A DNA stretch of 64,000 nt, from the NCBI GenBank assembly GCA_003971905.1, contig RSEE01000093.1, positions 62,001 through 126,000 on the forward strand. The letters are read 5' to 3'. The translations under genes and the position numbers were made by a program. This DNA comes from Moniliella sp. 'wahieum'. Lineage: Eukaryota. Positions 37,925 to 53,707 of this stretch are shown in pieces; position 1 is the first letter of the stretch; every line of letters begins with the position of its first letter. The notes under the pieces are model-generated. The model was not told where the DNA came from and did no database searches. It worked only from the letters and a program-made list of their open reading frames with translations.

Positions 37925-40900
37925 TGCGGATTGTTTTGCGTTGCGGAAGGAAGGCGGTAAGGACAACCACAAGTGGGGGGGAGTAGGAGGAAGTGGTAGT
38001 GTAAGGGGGGAGAGTAGAGGAGGTCTGGAGAGACAGAACTGAAGTGACAGGACTGGCCTTTTATGGAATTCTGGCCGAAGCGGCCAGGTCGCTTCCTCGG
38101 TCATCCTGCAGTCGGGAGCGGGGAGGTGCAGAACCGAGACGCCTGATCTCAGGGTGGCGCCGTGGCGCCCCATAGTGAGATGGGTTCCCCAGGATGATGC
38201 AATGATGCGGTGCTGGCGAGTGAAGTGATGGGGATTCGACGATTATTGATCATCGATGAGGCCGGAGGGCGTGGGGGATGCGTAGGTGGTGGCCCCCCCC
38301 AACAGTGGAAAAATGAGGCCCGCCTGCCACGCCATCATCACCAACTAATCACCCCACGCGTTCTATTTCTCGAAGCCACAGTGGCGCCATGCGGGGGTTT
38401 CGCAGGATGCGAACTGAACATGACTGTATGGAGCTTCGGAAAGGCGGGCCGGCTGTGCCGGTTAGATTAAGCTTCAAGAGCTTCAGGACCAAACCGAGAA
38501 CAGGTAACGGCCGAGAGCAAGTCATCCCCCGATGTCAAGGCTAGGCTTAGGGACTGGCCAAGGCCTAAGGCCCAATGGTCTCCGGCAGGCACAAGGGTCG
38601 CCGAGCGGAAACCGGAAACGGGCCGGGCTACCGGCGCCACAGAAGGGGATAGGGCCAAGTGCTTGGTACTGGAAGAGAGGATACACGCTGGCGGTATCCA
38701 TCACGTCTGCATGTCCCCGCCCATTGAGATCTGAGACCTGGTCCTTATTTAATCGTTATCCACCCAGTATCCACTGTCAGCGCTCAGCGTCTTCTTTTTT
38801 TCTGTGGCCTTGAATATTGAACCCAATCTTAGCCGGTTTATTATGGCGGCCTTAGACCTTATGCCTCACATGTTGTGTTTACCGTGTGACTGCTTCAATA
38901 TCCTTCCTGCATCGACTTCGTCTGTCTGTAACAGTCGGAGCTTTTAGGCAAGGGAGGCCAAGGTCCTGTCAGATCGATGCCAGAGATATTATCGGTAACG
39001 AGGTTATACCTGTGTCATCACCAGTATGAATGGAGGATATGTTGTGAAGACGAATTGAAGAAAACACAGCCGGGGGCTATATGGTTAAAGAAAACCGTTT
39101 TCCAGGAAGACCATCAAGTGCACAGGGAGGCTAAAACCCCGGCCTGGAAACAAAAGGGCAAGAACGGGGTTCACAGCCCGGGGCCTCTTAGAGAACATGA
39201 CCGGATGATCGCGCATGCTGCATGAACCAAAAGAGATGACAGAAACTCCACGCCCTCCCTCAAGGGGGCGGATCCCAGACAGGCAGCTGGCCCCGGGGTT
39301 ATGGGGTATACCCCTCCTTGGAATACACAGACGGCGAAATTCCCTCGGAAAAGACCCGTAACACCCTCAGCCACAAGAACAAGAAAAATGCTCTCCCATC
39401 AGTCACAGGAACAAAAGGGGGAGGCGAGGAACCTCTTCGTGGTAAAAGGAAACTCACAGGAAGCTCAACTCTTACGGCTCGTCTTTTAGGGAACACGCTC
39501 GAAACAGAACAAATTCGAGAATTAAGATATAAAGTCTCCCCCCCAGGAATCAAAAGAGACAATACGCGGCTAGCCTCAGGACCATTTTCACCTCTCTCTC
39601 GGCCATTTACGGAAGGGACTCAATGGACTCAATCCAGGTCATGCTACATTGGAATAAAGCGGCCGGTGTCTGATGAGTTGCCAACAAAAGAGCCAGGCCC
39701 TGGAGAGAAACCACAAGGGGGACCAATAAAGGAAGCTTGCGAGGTCAGCCCGGCTCTCATGTCTTGCGCGTTTCCTTCGCTCGCATCGTCAATTCATAAT
39801 CGGGTCCAAGCGAGCCTGTAATACAACATGGTGCCTTGCTACTTACTTCATTCGTTTCCCTCCACCCTTTGAGCTTCATGTTTCGCACATCTACTGCCAC
39901 ATTGGTACAGAACGCGTCTCTACCGTGATCCCATCTTATTCCCAATTATTCTTCTCTCTATCGAGCCTCTCTTGTTGTTTCCGTATTCGTGTGGAGAAAC
40001 TCTTTGCTAGGCCCACCAGTCGGGTTCGCAGTGTGCAGGGGGGAATGGATAACTTTGATTATCCAAAACCATTCTGCAAAAATCATAATGAAAGACAAAA
40101 GGGGAGGTGAATCGGACTACGGCCCGGCTTGGCTCCCCTGTGGCTTCTTCCGGAGCAATGTATTGCTGGATGCACCAGAAGTGGAACGACACACACGGTG
40201 GTGTCATACAGTGTTCCAATCTAACTGACCTCACTGGAGGCGGCTGATGGAGATGTGAGAAGTACGCGAGAACTACTGAGGGCCGTCAGTGGATGTGGTC
40301 AAGTGTTGCTCTCCAGCGCGTCTTCGCTGATAGGTTGTGCGTCAGCAGGCAGAAGGTCAGAACGAAAGTACATCATGCGAATCATACCGTACCGTTGTAT
40401 CCTTAAACTCTATTGTGACCATGCTTAACATCAGTAGTAGAGGCGAAGGTTATGGGACAAAGAAACGCTGCGCCGAAACTGACGTGTTCATCCTGCTAAC
40501 GGTGGCGACGGTGGCCCAGCACAACAGTAGGCTAGGGCAAACCCTAGCAGACCGGGCCGTAGGCTCGGTGGCCTCCTCGTATATACAGTGTTGCAGCACC
40601 AGATTAAGAGTCCCTAGATTACGAGAACTTCAGGTTCTAGCCAGGTGCACCACGCCTTAATTGCTGTACCATCAGGCAATCAAAAGTGGTTGATACTACA
40701 GTAGGATATACGTATTTGCGTGGTCGGTCTGGGGGGGCCGCCGGTTTGTGGGATGCTGCCATGTAGTGTGGCTAGTGTGGGTGTGTGCGAATGTGTGTGG
40801 GGCGCAAACCCTGCAGACACACGAGAATATACCAAATGGAACGCGAGCCACCGACGGTACGCGTTCGTACTTAGTAGTACCCATTCCTCCAGCATATCTG

Positions 40901-41993
40901 ACTTGTAGGCGTAGCACTTTGTGCGCTTCAGTCTCCGTCTCCATCTCCATTCGATCCGCCTCATCCGCTCAATCCTGGCACACCTAAGGGTCGGCTCATC
41001 CGTTTGGCGGTTGCGCGGTAACCTCAATCCTGCGTCGACATGGCTTTCTTAGGGAACAACCTCTCCTTAACGCCTCAACGCGCACTCCACCACCGTGCCA
41101 ATGAACAGCAACCTAGGAACCAGCCTGAGACAAGTGCATATCAATCGAGAGGGCCACGTGGCGGCCCGGCTGCCCGGCTGCCAAAGCAGCTTCGATCAAT
41201 CATACAAAGGGAAGGGAATGGGGCGCGGCCATAGGTCAACGGTCGACGGTCAAGGTCAACCCCCACCCAGCCAGAGGGCCAAGCGGAGAGGAAGGGATAA
41301 GGGATATAGGCCATTAGGACAGGAAGGGCACACGGGGTAGGGAGCCACACCCTCGCCCAGGCTCAGGACCGAGACAGGGGGGCGCGAGAGGGGGCGAAGA
41401 AGGATCACATCCCAGGGTGTGGGTGTTCAAGACACCCAGGTACGACGGCCCGAAAAAGGGCGGCCCTAGACCATGAAAGGGGATTAGCGAGCGTGGTGCT
41501 GGTGCCTAGGAGGACGGGGTAAATGAAGACACGTAGAAAGGGAATGTAGGGGGGGAGGGGTCGGTGGGGTCGGTGAGACGCGGGGGATGAGTGCAGGTGG
41601 GAAAAGAGGGGTAAGCAGGCCAGGGAGCGAAAAAGAATGCGAAGCACCGCTTGAGGTGGGAATGAACTTGGACAGGGTGGCGACGTGAAGTAGTAAAAAG
41701 GAGAGGGAACAGCCAACAAACGAGCCCTGCCGTCAGAGGGGCATGGAGAGCAAGGGAAAAGCAGGGCGGGGCTGAGCGGGTGGGGGGGGTGGGGGGCATC
41801 AGCCACCACAAAGCGAGCAAGTTTCCTCCCACCATCTACCACCCAGACCTGACGAGCCCCAGAGAAGTGGAATTAGCTTTGCCGCCAATGGAAAAGACAG
41901 GGTACCGAGACCGCAAAGCAAAGAGAAAAAAGAGGGGCTTTAGGGACCCCAAAGTGACGCTCAGAAGGTCGAATAAGTTAAACGAAAGACTGA

Positions 41994-44900
41994 TCAGATG
42001 AGGAACAGTTGGGTACTTGGACACCCCGTTCCATGAAGAGTGAAACGAGTGAAGGGAGCCTTTAGGAAGTCTTCCACGGCGGCTTGATCGTTGTCTGTGT
42101 GCGCGGCACGGTCTCTGCCTCCCTTATCTGGTTTCGGGGTGGGGGCGAACGCGAGGCCCAAACCGACCGTGGAGGCTTGTTCCTCGTTGACATGTTGTGG
42201 AGACTCTGGACTTGCCTCGGGAGTCGGAGAGAGGTCCCTCGAGCGCGATTCGGCAAAGGGCTCGGCCACAGGTGCTTGGCTTGGTGCTGGCTTGGCTTGA
42301 CGGGCAGTGGATGCTGGCCCCGTACTCGGAACCAGCGACCAAGTCAGGCGCAAGTGCAATGGACCCCGACAAACTCAAGGGTGCCGGCGTGGCCACTGAC
42401 ACAGTGGGAAAAGCGGCATCCGCTTTCATAAGCGCATTGCGTGTGTCACGGTCCAACGAGGGAATCATGGAAGGCACTCCTGCCGCCACTGGGGGAGGGG
42501 ACAAAGGCCGGTTGAGCAGCAAGGGCTGCGGCAGCATTGTCCCCTCCTGCGGAGAGACGGTTGGGGAGAGGGAGATGGAGGCTCCTCGAAGTCTCCGTGG
42601 CGCGGTGGCTAGGGGTCGATCGACCCGGGGTAGAAATGGTAGAAGAAACGCTCTGGGTCCGCCGATGTGCCCGGTTGCTCGCGTGCCCAGCAACAGAAGG
42701 CGGCGGCACGTCTGGAGTACTCGTGGTAGGTGTGCTGGACAAGGTCCCCTCGCTTTCGATTCTGGCAAGGCCGACCGAGTCCGGCAAAGGAGGGACCGGA
42801 GGCGCAGCAGAGGGCGAATCCGGGGCACGGAGCGCTGCTGCACTTGCCTTTCTGGCAGCCAGGCTCAACGCCGAGGGGAATGAAACTTGTCGTTTGGGCC
42901 ATGTGCCAGGCGTGGACGGAGCCAGAGAAGGGGATGTGCGCCGTGCGTCGGCGGAAGGAGATGCCTTACCCAGGGTGGTGGCCGTGGAAGCCATCGTCTG
43001 CAGCTTCTGCGTCCGAGACTGGATTGGGCGAGGAGCGAGAGGAACTGGAAGTGGTCGAGCCTGAGCAAGACTGCAATGGGTCGGAACGAACACCAGGCGG
43101 GGCCGGGCCCACGGACGATATCAGACCATCCGGAGCGGAACGGAGCACTGGGAAGCCAGCCGATCCCGATGTGGCCGGCGTTGACACGGGCACTGAACCG
43201 GTGTGGGATGCAACAGGTGTCGGTGCCGTAGACCAAGGATGGGATGTCCCTGGTGCAGGGACGGGCGAGGCGAGAGGCGAGTAAAACCCATGCTTTGGTG
43301 GGACATGGACAGGGTAGATCCAGGACCACCTGAAGTGATAGGACAGATGAAGGTGTGCGCGAGTGGCACTGGCTTTGAGAACGCGAATGAGTCGCGGGAG
43401 TATGGGAATGCGAAGGTGTGTGAGCATGCATGCGGCCCGAGATTGGGCCCACGTAGACATGCGAGGAGGAGGAAGAGGAGGTGTGGTGGTGGTGGTGATG
43501 CCGCCCAGAGCCAGGCCGGTTATAACTATGCGTCCGGGCATGAATGGGGACCACCGGAGATACACGATCTGAAGCCATGGGTTCCGCCAACGCCAGCGCC
43601 GGCTCCGCATCCGCCCCAGCCTTTTCTGCTACTGAGCCGGGTGCGGATGCTGAAGCCGAGGAAGCCGCCGGCCCAGAGGCTGCCACATCACTGCCGAATC
43701 CAGGCGGGCTGGTGGGCGGCAATGCAGCTTGCATGACCAACATGGAAGGGGGCTCGTCAAACACTTCGTAGTAGCGTTCGATACACAGCCGCAGGAGCAT
43801 CGTGAGAGTTGCGCCAGACTGGACCTCGTTGCTACCCGCATTCGGGTTGGACGCCGGGAACGGTGAGGCGCCTGCAGCCATAGCACGCTGCAGAGGTACC
43901 CTCCCCACCAGAATCTTGGCGTCCTTTTCAGGTGCGTTCGGGCTGTTCACTAGGCAAGGGGCAACAACTGCGGCCAGGTTGTAGGCGTCCATCTCGTTTT
44001 GCGGGGCATGGTGGGCCACATCGTGCAGCAGTTGAATGACATGGGCCAGGACATGGGCATGACATGCAGGTCGAATGGTTGGGAGGAGAATGCCTCTCAG
44101 ATAAGCGATCGTAGCTGCATCACGCGCCTCGTCTTGAGTAGCTTGAGCGGTGCCGGGCTCAGGCGCGGTGTAGGACTTGTCCCCTGCACCTCGTGGTCCC
44201 GGGCCATTCTGAGCAAAGGAGGGGATGGGCGCCGTGCGAATCAGGGGGTACAAGGCTGGAGAGATGAGAGGCTCACTAAGTGAACGTACCCAGCTCTTTA
44301 GTAGCGCAGCGACAAGAGACCACCGTCAGAGCGTAGTCTGTTTCGAGAGACAGCGTCCCACCACCATCGTATACGTTTTGCGCCATCTTGAGTCGTGGAG
44401 GAAGGGGCGACCCGGAAGAGGCCATGTGTGGCCATACGGTTCGCCCGGTCAGCGTAGAAGAAGAACGCCACACAGTCACGGACAACCTTGGGCAGGCCGC
44501 GACGTCCATCTGGGCCCATCGCATCAGCCAGGCGCATTCCAAAGACGGATCCACTGGAAGGCATAGAGGAGCAGGGGGAACGACTCTGTTGGGGAAGAGG
44601 GAGTGGCTAACGCTGAAGAAACTGGTAAGAAGTACGCTTCCTTCTTCAAGTGTACTCCAAGACGGTGGGTGGGAAATCAACCTGGGTCAGGTCGAGAGGT
44701 ATTGCCCCAGAAGCGAGATCCTGTCGAGCAAGACGAGCTTTTTGCGGAATTTGGGCGAGAACAAGCCAGGCGCTAGTCGCCATGGTGCTGGTTAAAACAC
44801 GGGTGAAGAGCGTGGAATGAACAATGTAGAGCATTTTGAGGTTTTTGCGATACCTGGAAAACAGGAGTTAGTACTACGTCTCGCACACACAGGGACGAGT

Positions 44901-46401
44901 AACGCACTTGCGCGACAAGCGCTTGTAAGCCCCCCATAACCATCCCCATGAAGGCGAGTGGTTGCCCCCAGGCGAGGTAGACAAGGGTATAATCTTGCTC
45001 CACAAATAGGTCCATCTTGTCCAAGATGCGGTCCAACACGCGACTCAGGTCAGTCTCCCCCGGATCTGGTATCCGAGCGGGGCCAAGACGACAACTGGTC
45101 TTCCAGCATAGTCGACACCAGCTTGATAGAGCAATCGATCCGCTGTCGCACCCCCTCAGCCTGATGATCCATCTCATCTTCGCCATTTAACAACGGCGGT
45201 TCGGATGCCGGTTCATAATGGGAGATGCCCGATGGGCGGCATCATCAGCAGCAGGGAGTGAGAAACTCTCCTCCAGGTTTGGGGGAAAAGAAAGGGTCGT
45301 TCGATGGCGCTGGACTACCCGCGTTCCAATGACTGGCAGGAATGGGGGGGCGGGACTTGTGCAGGGTCTGTGATCGCCGCGGAAGGGAATGAGGGTGTTG
45401 CCGGGAGGGAATCGGACTGGATGTACGAGGCGCCTGTCCCAAACGGGGACTGCGGATGGCCGCAGGCCCAGGGCTTGTGGGCCGTTCGGAAAAGGAGCGT
45501 TGGACCCGGCACAGAGTCGCATAAGCATCTTGGCCGGCTGGCCCCAGCCCACGGTACGCCGATGGAAGGCGCGGTGCAAGAGGCTCTGCCGGAGGCTCGA
45601 GACAATCGGCAAAACTGCTGCTTCCGTCGTCGGGGTCAGGATCAGGGTCCAGGTCGGCAGGGTCATCGGCAGCGAGTCCTGGGGTCTTTCGTCCGATCCT
45701 GCTGGAGACAAGGACGCAAACGAGGAACGGGTTTGGGAATGGACGCTGGGGCTCGCGGCTGGATCGTTAAGAGGTGCAGTTGGAAGCGGGAGCGGGATGG
45801 AGGTGGGAGCCTCTCGGCGCCAGAATGCCCGACGCCACGATCTTCCAGTGGAGGGCGGGGGGTTGGGGTTGGGGGTGCAGGTGGAGGCGAAAGGGACGAT
45901 GTGCCAGGGAAGCAGCTGCAATGGCCGCGCGAAGGGCAGCCGTGGCACTGGGGGAAGGAGAAGGCAAGGGGGACGGGGACGGGGACGGAGACGGGGACGG
46001 AGGGGCGTGTGGGGGTTGAGGGGGGCCGGTGGGGGGGGGAGAGGGGATGCGAGAGCGTCGGAGAGGAGAATCTCGAGCTCATCGCCGGGGGTGGGATCGG
46101 GGGGACATGGATCGGAGGGGGGAGTTGAAGGCGTGCTTGGGGGGGTAGCGGTCTCGGCCTGGGCAATGATCTGGGTGATGGAAGTGCGCGGGGTGAGGGT
46201 GCGAAGGGGCGGGGTGGCGGGACAGGGGAGGCAGGAGAGGCGCGTGAGCGGAGGGAGTCTGGCGGAGGCAGAGGCAGAGGCAGAGGCAGAGGCAGAGGCA
46301 GAGGCAGGCAGAGGCAGAGGCAGAGACCGAGGCAGAGGCAGTGGGGGGTGTGGCCCCTCGGTGGGACGCATGCCTGTGCGTGTGCCGGTGCTCGTGCTCA
46401 T
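41994..46401 (-). CDS. RhoGAP with BCH/CRAL-TRIO-like domain (ARHGAP1/p50RhoGAP-like) and long low-complexity arms
   Basis: BCH: LDRILDKMDLFVEQDYTLVY, AYKRLSRK|YRKNLKMLYIVHSTLFTR (intron 44854-44907). RhoGAP: VFGMRL..LPKVVRDCV, GLFRV, RSLSEPLI, NEMDAYNLAAVVAPCL. Ends approximate. Confidence 0.85.
46264..46341 (+). repeat. (GAGGCA)n hexamer microsatellite (Ser-Ala repeat in the RhoGAP N-terminus)
   Basis: Direct inspection. Confidence 0.9.
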
Positions 46402-48680
46402 GCTCGCGAGCGAGAGGCGGTGGTGGGGCGGGGGTGGCGATGGTGGCGGTGGTGGTGGGGGGGGGGTGGGGCATGGAGGGGCGCGTGGGGCTGCTCGAGC
46501 GTTCTGTGGGCTGGCGAATAAGGCGGCTGGGCAGGCAGAGGTGTGATGCATGCGTGGGCTGCGGCTGAGAGACGCGGTGGGTGACGGTGGTGTGGTGGGT
46601 GACAGGCGCCGCGCTGCTCTCCTGGCGCTCGCGCGTGGCCGCCTGCCCCACGTGATCCGCCTGCGCTCAGTCCACGCACGCGCGCCCCAACCCTACTGCC
46701 CCACCCGCCGCCGCACTGGCCCCTGCCCGTGCCCGGGAGTAGGGTTGCTGCCCAACCCTATCACCCTCCTTTGCGCGCTGCCGGCCAGCGCTGCGCCGTC
46801 GCCGGCCTCTGGACCACATGGCCGCATCCATCAGCATCAGCGCCATCAGCCTCCCATCCGCACTCGCTCATGCAGCAGCGCTGAGCAGCAGCACCTCACG
46901 CGTCACACTCACGCCCACGCCTTGCGCCTTACGCCCTGTGCGCTGCGCATGGGCCAGTTGACAATAATCTACTGGCGGACCCTCCCGCTGGAACATCCAT
47001 CCACCCACACGCCTCTTCCTGCGTCCGCGCCTGCTCCCATCTCTACATCGATCCATCCCTCTTTGCCCTCCCTGCCTCATCCCTTTTTTCTTGTTTCTCC
47101 GGACCCTCGTAGGTCTCTGTGTGGTCATTATCCTTTGCACCCCTCCGAAATAGTACCCTTCTGGCCTCTCTTCCTTTCACGCTTCAAGCTTCAAGGCCAG
47201 CAGCCCAAGCCTCTCCGTTGGTGTAGTAAACTTCATTCCTTGACGTTATCTCATCCCTTCAAAGGTGGCATCCAACCGAGACTGGCAAGGCGCCCAAGCC
47301 GGTCAATACCTTTTGCACACATACCCCTGATGGTGCCATTGAACATCGTACTACAGGAGGATGGTCGATGGCGTGGGCATTCCCCCCCCCCCCCTATTTT
47401 CCGTTCTTTTGCCTTTTTCTTTCCCAACAGACAGCATCAGCCCATGCGATCCTCCGCACTTGACGCTGCTCCCCATACTTCTGACCAAGGTCGCTTCGTT
47501 CCCTCTCCACGCAATATATCGAAACCCCCATGAAGAGAAAGCCGATGAGCGACTGAACGCTGCCCAGCACGCCAGCCGTGTCACCACGCCCCTCTCTTGC
47601 TTTGCCCGCCGCAAGAAGAAACACGCCGGGGATCGTTGAGCATCTGAGACCTGTGAGCCTATGGTCGTCCCACATATCCGCCATGGCAGGCCATGGCCTC
47701 CGCCGCCAATCGGACGGCGGGACCAGCCGTCGGCGGAGATAGGCACATTTTCAGCCGCTTGTGGCCAGGGTCGAGTGGGTTGTGCCTGGGTGCCTCTTCG
47801 CAGAGAGTATAACACAGGAGATTTCAGAAAGAGGTGCCACACCACTGCTGTCTTTTCAACTCCAAATTCGCCCCTGGGGCAGACAGGAGTCAAAGCTACC
47901 GTCGGAAGCCAATAATCAAGCTTAGTCTACGCGCAAAAGGGGCACAACCTGACACTACTTACACGAACGTGGGGAGGTGCACCCATACTAATACGCCTTC
48001 ACATTATAGCTGTGGGGGTCACGCGGTCACGCGTCACCGTCCCCCTGACACTTTCCAACAGAGCTTGCCCCGTTTGGGACCAACGGCTCGACTACCCCAG
48101 CCTCAACCAAGCAACAATGCGGCTGTTTCGCCCCAAGTCGACGTGGGACGGATGATGCACATCGTGTGATGCGCCTGAATCCGGAATCGGAACCGGATTC
48201 CAGATCGTTGGGCCAGGGCGTACCGTGCCCCTGTGTTGGGTAAGAGGTGTTCATGAATTTGCCCCATCCCGGCTTGGAAGTCGAGGTGCGAGCTGGCGTC
48301 ACCTGCTGCTACCCACGCTCACGCGCGCTAACGCGCGACTCACGCGCTCACGGCTTGAAGCTTCGTCACATGCTTCACTTCGTGAAAAGCGGCACGCGCG
48401 CGCTCCGCCGACGCAACACAAAGGTGCGCCACACGTCGAGCGCCTGTGGTGCGGTCGCATCACGTGATCCCTTTCTCTAGCTCTCAGTCCCCAGGCCGTC
48501 GGAGACTGGAAGGGGCTTGGAGCTGGGAGCTATGCGCCAGGTATAAGGAGGGGGGGGGGGGGGGCATATGTCTATCCTTGTCTGTAGAAACCCCTCAAGG
48601 CAAGGAGACGAACAAATTATAGTAAACGAAGCAATCGCATATGGGTCGCGAGAAAGACACTAGCCTGTTGCCGAAGCACA

Positions 48681-50709
<2,029 letters not shown>

Positions 50710-50782
50710 GGGAAAGTGTCACTGGCTGGTGGTGGCCAAGAAGAAGAAACCTCGGGTTCGAGTCGATGGACAGAAACCCGGG

Positions 50783-50809
50783 ACGCGTTACGCGCCAAAT
50801 TCGCGTCGC
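50783..50809 (-). promoter_or_regulatory. MCB-like (ACGCGT/CGCG) G1/S element cluster upstream of the phosphatase-TS gene
   Basis: acgcgttacgcgccaaattcgcgtcgc lies about 75-100 bp upstream of ATG 50709. MCB boxes are characteristic of fungal TS/DNA-synthesis gene promoters. Confidence 0.6.
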
Positions 50810-51647
50810 GCATCGATGATCGCGCCACAATCCGCAATTGAATATTGCGAGCGGAAAAGATTTGAGTATTGCACGGTTTGATAATGTTGACAGCGAGTGA
50901 CATGTTCTCACCCAGGCGACTGACGGCAGTTGTGAACGTGCGAACGTTTTGAAAACACACGCACTTCCTATCATCGATGCATTCTCAGCCTCCCAGGGCT
51001 CAGCCCCTGAGCTCCTGAGACTCAGTACTCACTGAGGCCTGAGGGTGCACTGGTGTGGACTCGGCACCGAACACTTCCAAGGTATCACAGTGCTCACGCT
51101 GAGTTGGCCCAGTCCACCCAACGAAACACACCACGTGCTGAAAATAAAAGAACACACGGATGGCTGCTAGGTTCAACGTTGAACGTCAATCCCGTTTGTT
51201 TTGGCCAGGGGTGTGGTGGATAGGCGCAGCTTTTCATTCTTTCTCGCCGTTTCAGCAGCTTCAGCGTTGCAACTGATATATGATTGCAGCAGGAGTGTAA
51301 CACTCGTCCTCACTTTGCGCGCCGCATCTCTTTCCGGTACGGGCGGGGCGTGTATCAACATTATCAACACCACGCCGGAAAGAAGGGGTAACAAATGTAC
51401 TGTAGGGGGGCAAGCTAAAACTAAAGCCCAGAGTTGGATGGGAAGCAAAGAGAGGAGATGCAACAAGAGGGAGAGGGGGGTATAATAACGGGCCCCGTGC
51501 CATGAGGTCAGATGAGGACTGGTATCCCAAAAGGGATTGCGCGCCAAAGAGAAACCAGAGAAAGAAAACCTGGATTGGACCAAGTCTTGATGGGGGCAAG
51601 GGCAAAGGGCCGTAACAGCAGAATCGTAAAAAGGTATCTGGGCGGTG

Positions 51648-52798
51648 TCAAGTGCGGTGAATCACTTGAGCGTCCTCGCCAGGTGAAGGAACTGGAGCGT
51701 TGTGTTCTAAAGCGGTAGCGAGTGCAGTGTCTTGAGGAGCTGAAGGGGGCAGGGGTAAATCGGTAGCTTCGGTGCGGGCCCACATGTCGAACGGCCACAC
51801 CTCCCCGGAAAGAGAAACGGCGCGGATCAAGTGAGTTGGGAAACTCTGTGGCTCGGACCATTTGGGAGGAGCGAGGGTGGTGACCTTAGCCAGCTCACCT
51901 GCAGCAAATAGATGCTGACGACGCTCCAAATCCTCAGCCAACAGCGCGGCCCCGACGTAATTGGAAATGCTAAAAACGATGCCCGCGAGCGGCACGCGTT
52001 CGAGGCAAGCACACACAAACGCAAAGTGGCGCAAAGGCAACAGTCGTTCGGTCAGGAAAAGATTCACTTGCTCGGGCGTCATTGCCTTTTGCTCAAAGTA
52101 GAGAGCAAGAAGCCGTTGGCTGTAGTTGAAGGAGCGCAGGTACGACGCGACCCACATGTGGAGGAAAGGATAAAGTTCAAGGTGAATAGCATAACTGAGG
52201 ATACACATGGGGGGAGGGTCAGAGTAGGTACACGGTGGTCACAGGCGAGACAGCATACCTCGTAGTGCGATGCGCTCCAACAGCGAGTTGGCCCAGCGGC
52301 GGTAGAAGGGCTTTTTGGCGACAAAGATATCGTAGGACGCTTGGTAGGGGCGGGTCTTGCCACTCTTCCACGTATGGCTGCCACCAGTCGTGGTGTGGGC
52401 TGCTGGACTCGATGGTATAGCGATAGGCCTGCTTACGGAAGGCTCGTAGCTCGCGTCGCACAGAAACTCGATGATGGTTTGGCATTGACCCAGGATCATC
52501 ATGAGGGTGGCAAAGGTGGTGAAAGAGGGCAGGGGGAGGGGGAAGTGGGGGTGCTGGGCCAAGGCATCGTACAGGCTGCTAAAGTTGAGCACGCGCGCAC
52601 TGCGCTTCATAAAGACGGACACGAGGAGATGCTGGACGGGCCAGGTGAGCACGGCCCAGACGAGGGCGATGAGGAACGCACGGCGGGCAACGGGCGGACG
52701 GTGCGCCACATGGGCGCCCAAAGGCCCGTGTCGTGTGCCAGGCGGTATGCGCCGGCAGCGGCGTAGGAGGAGGTGAGGCTAAGGGACGCGAAGCTCAT
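51648..52798 (-). CDS. Multi-pass membrane protein, EI24/RRT8-like
   Basis: Hydrophobic segments; SSYAAAGAYRLAHDTGLWAPMW and CLERVPLAGIVFSISNYVGAALLAEDLERRQH. Intron ~52196-52258; ends approximate. Confidence 0.6.
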
Positions 52799-53707
52799 GG
52801 GCGAGGCGACTGCTCGTGGGGCCAGCCAGTCGAGTGGTGTCGAGAGAGCGGCAGGAGCGGGAGGCGCCACTGGTACTTGGTACTAGTACGAGTGCCACAA
52901 AGAGCGCGTCGCCCCACACGATGTGAAATGTGAAAGCGGCATTTGAAATGTGAAAGATGGCCGAGGGCAATTGCAGCGATGCTCGCCCGCCAGACAGATC
53001 GCATCAACAGGTCACCCATGGGACATCATGCATGCGCTGCTGCTGGCCACAATGCAAGGGGCTGCCTTGCACCGCACTGTGTGCGCGCCAGACAGGGCAG
53101 GCCCAGCAGGGCACAGGCCCGCTGTGGGCGGCGCGGCAATTTGCAGCGCCCATGCAACATCCACCGCAGGCGCAGTGGCCCAGTGCTTGGCGGGCTGCTC
53201 AGCCTGATGCGCCTGCTGAGGCGCTGAGGCGCTGAGGCTGGGCGCAAGCAGTAGACAGCCGCGCCCGCACTGGGCCAGCGCCCAAAACAAACTACCTCGC
53301 CCCTCCCGCTGCGGTGCACGACGCCAGTGGGGCCGGTGTTAAGCGCTCAGCAGACGCCGGCAAGATGCAACCACTGCTGACCTGAGGCCTGAGGCCGGCT
53401 GGGTTGCCGCCTCCCAAGGTGGACGCGTGGAACGGCCGTCGCCAGATCTTGAGCGCTCAAGATGAGCTGCACGCTGGCACCCCGACGCGCGTGACGTCAC
53501 CCGTCACCCGTCACCTCCCGCACGCGGACCGTCGACCCGTCGGGCCGTCGGGCCGTTTGCCCCACCGCACCGGCCAGTGTTGCGGACATACGCCTGGCGC
53601 ACAGGCCATGCGCCCGCGCCCACGTGTCTCTTCGGTCCATATAAGCATGCTCCCTGCCGCCTTCCCGCCGGCGCCTCTCCCCACCCGCGCTCCTCTATCC
53701 CAGCACC

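Noticed and set aside
44256..44289. gtacgt...ccag as a 34-nt intron in the RhoGAP gene
   Set aside because: The segment encodes the conserved RhoGAP motif (WVRSLSEPLI), so it is exonic.
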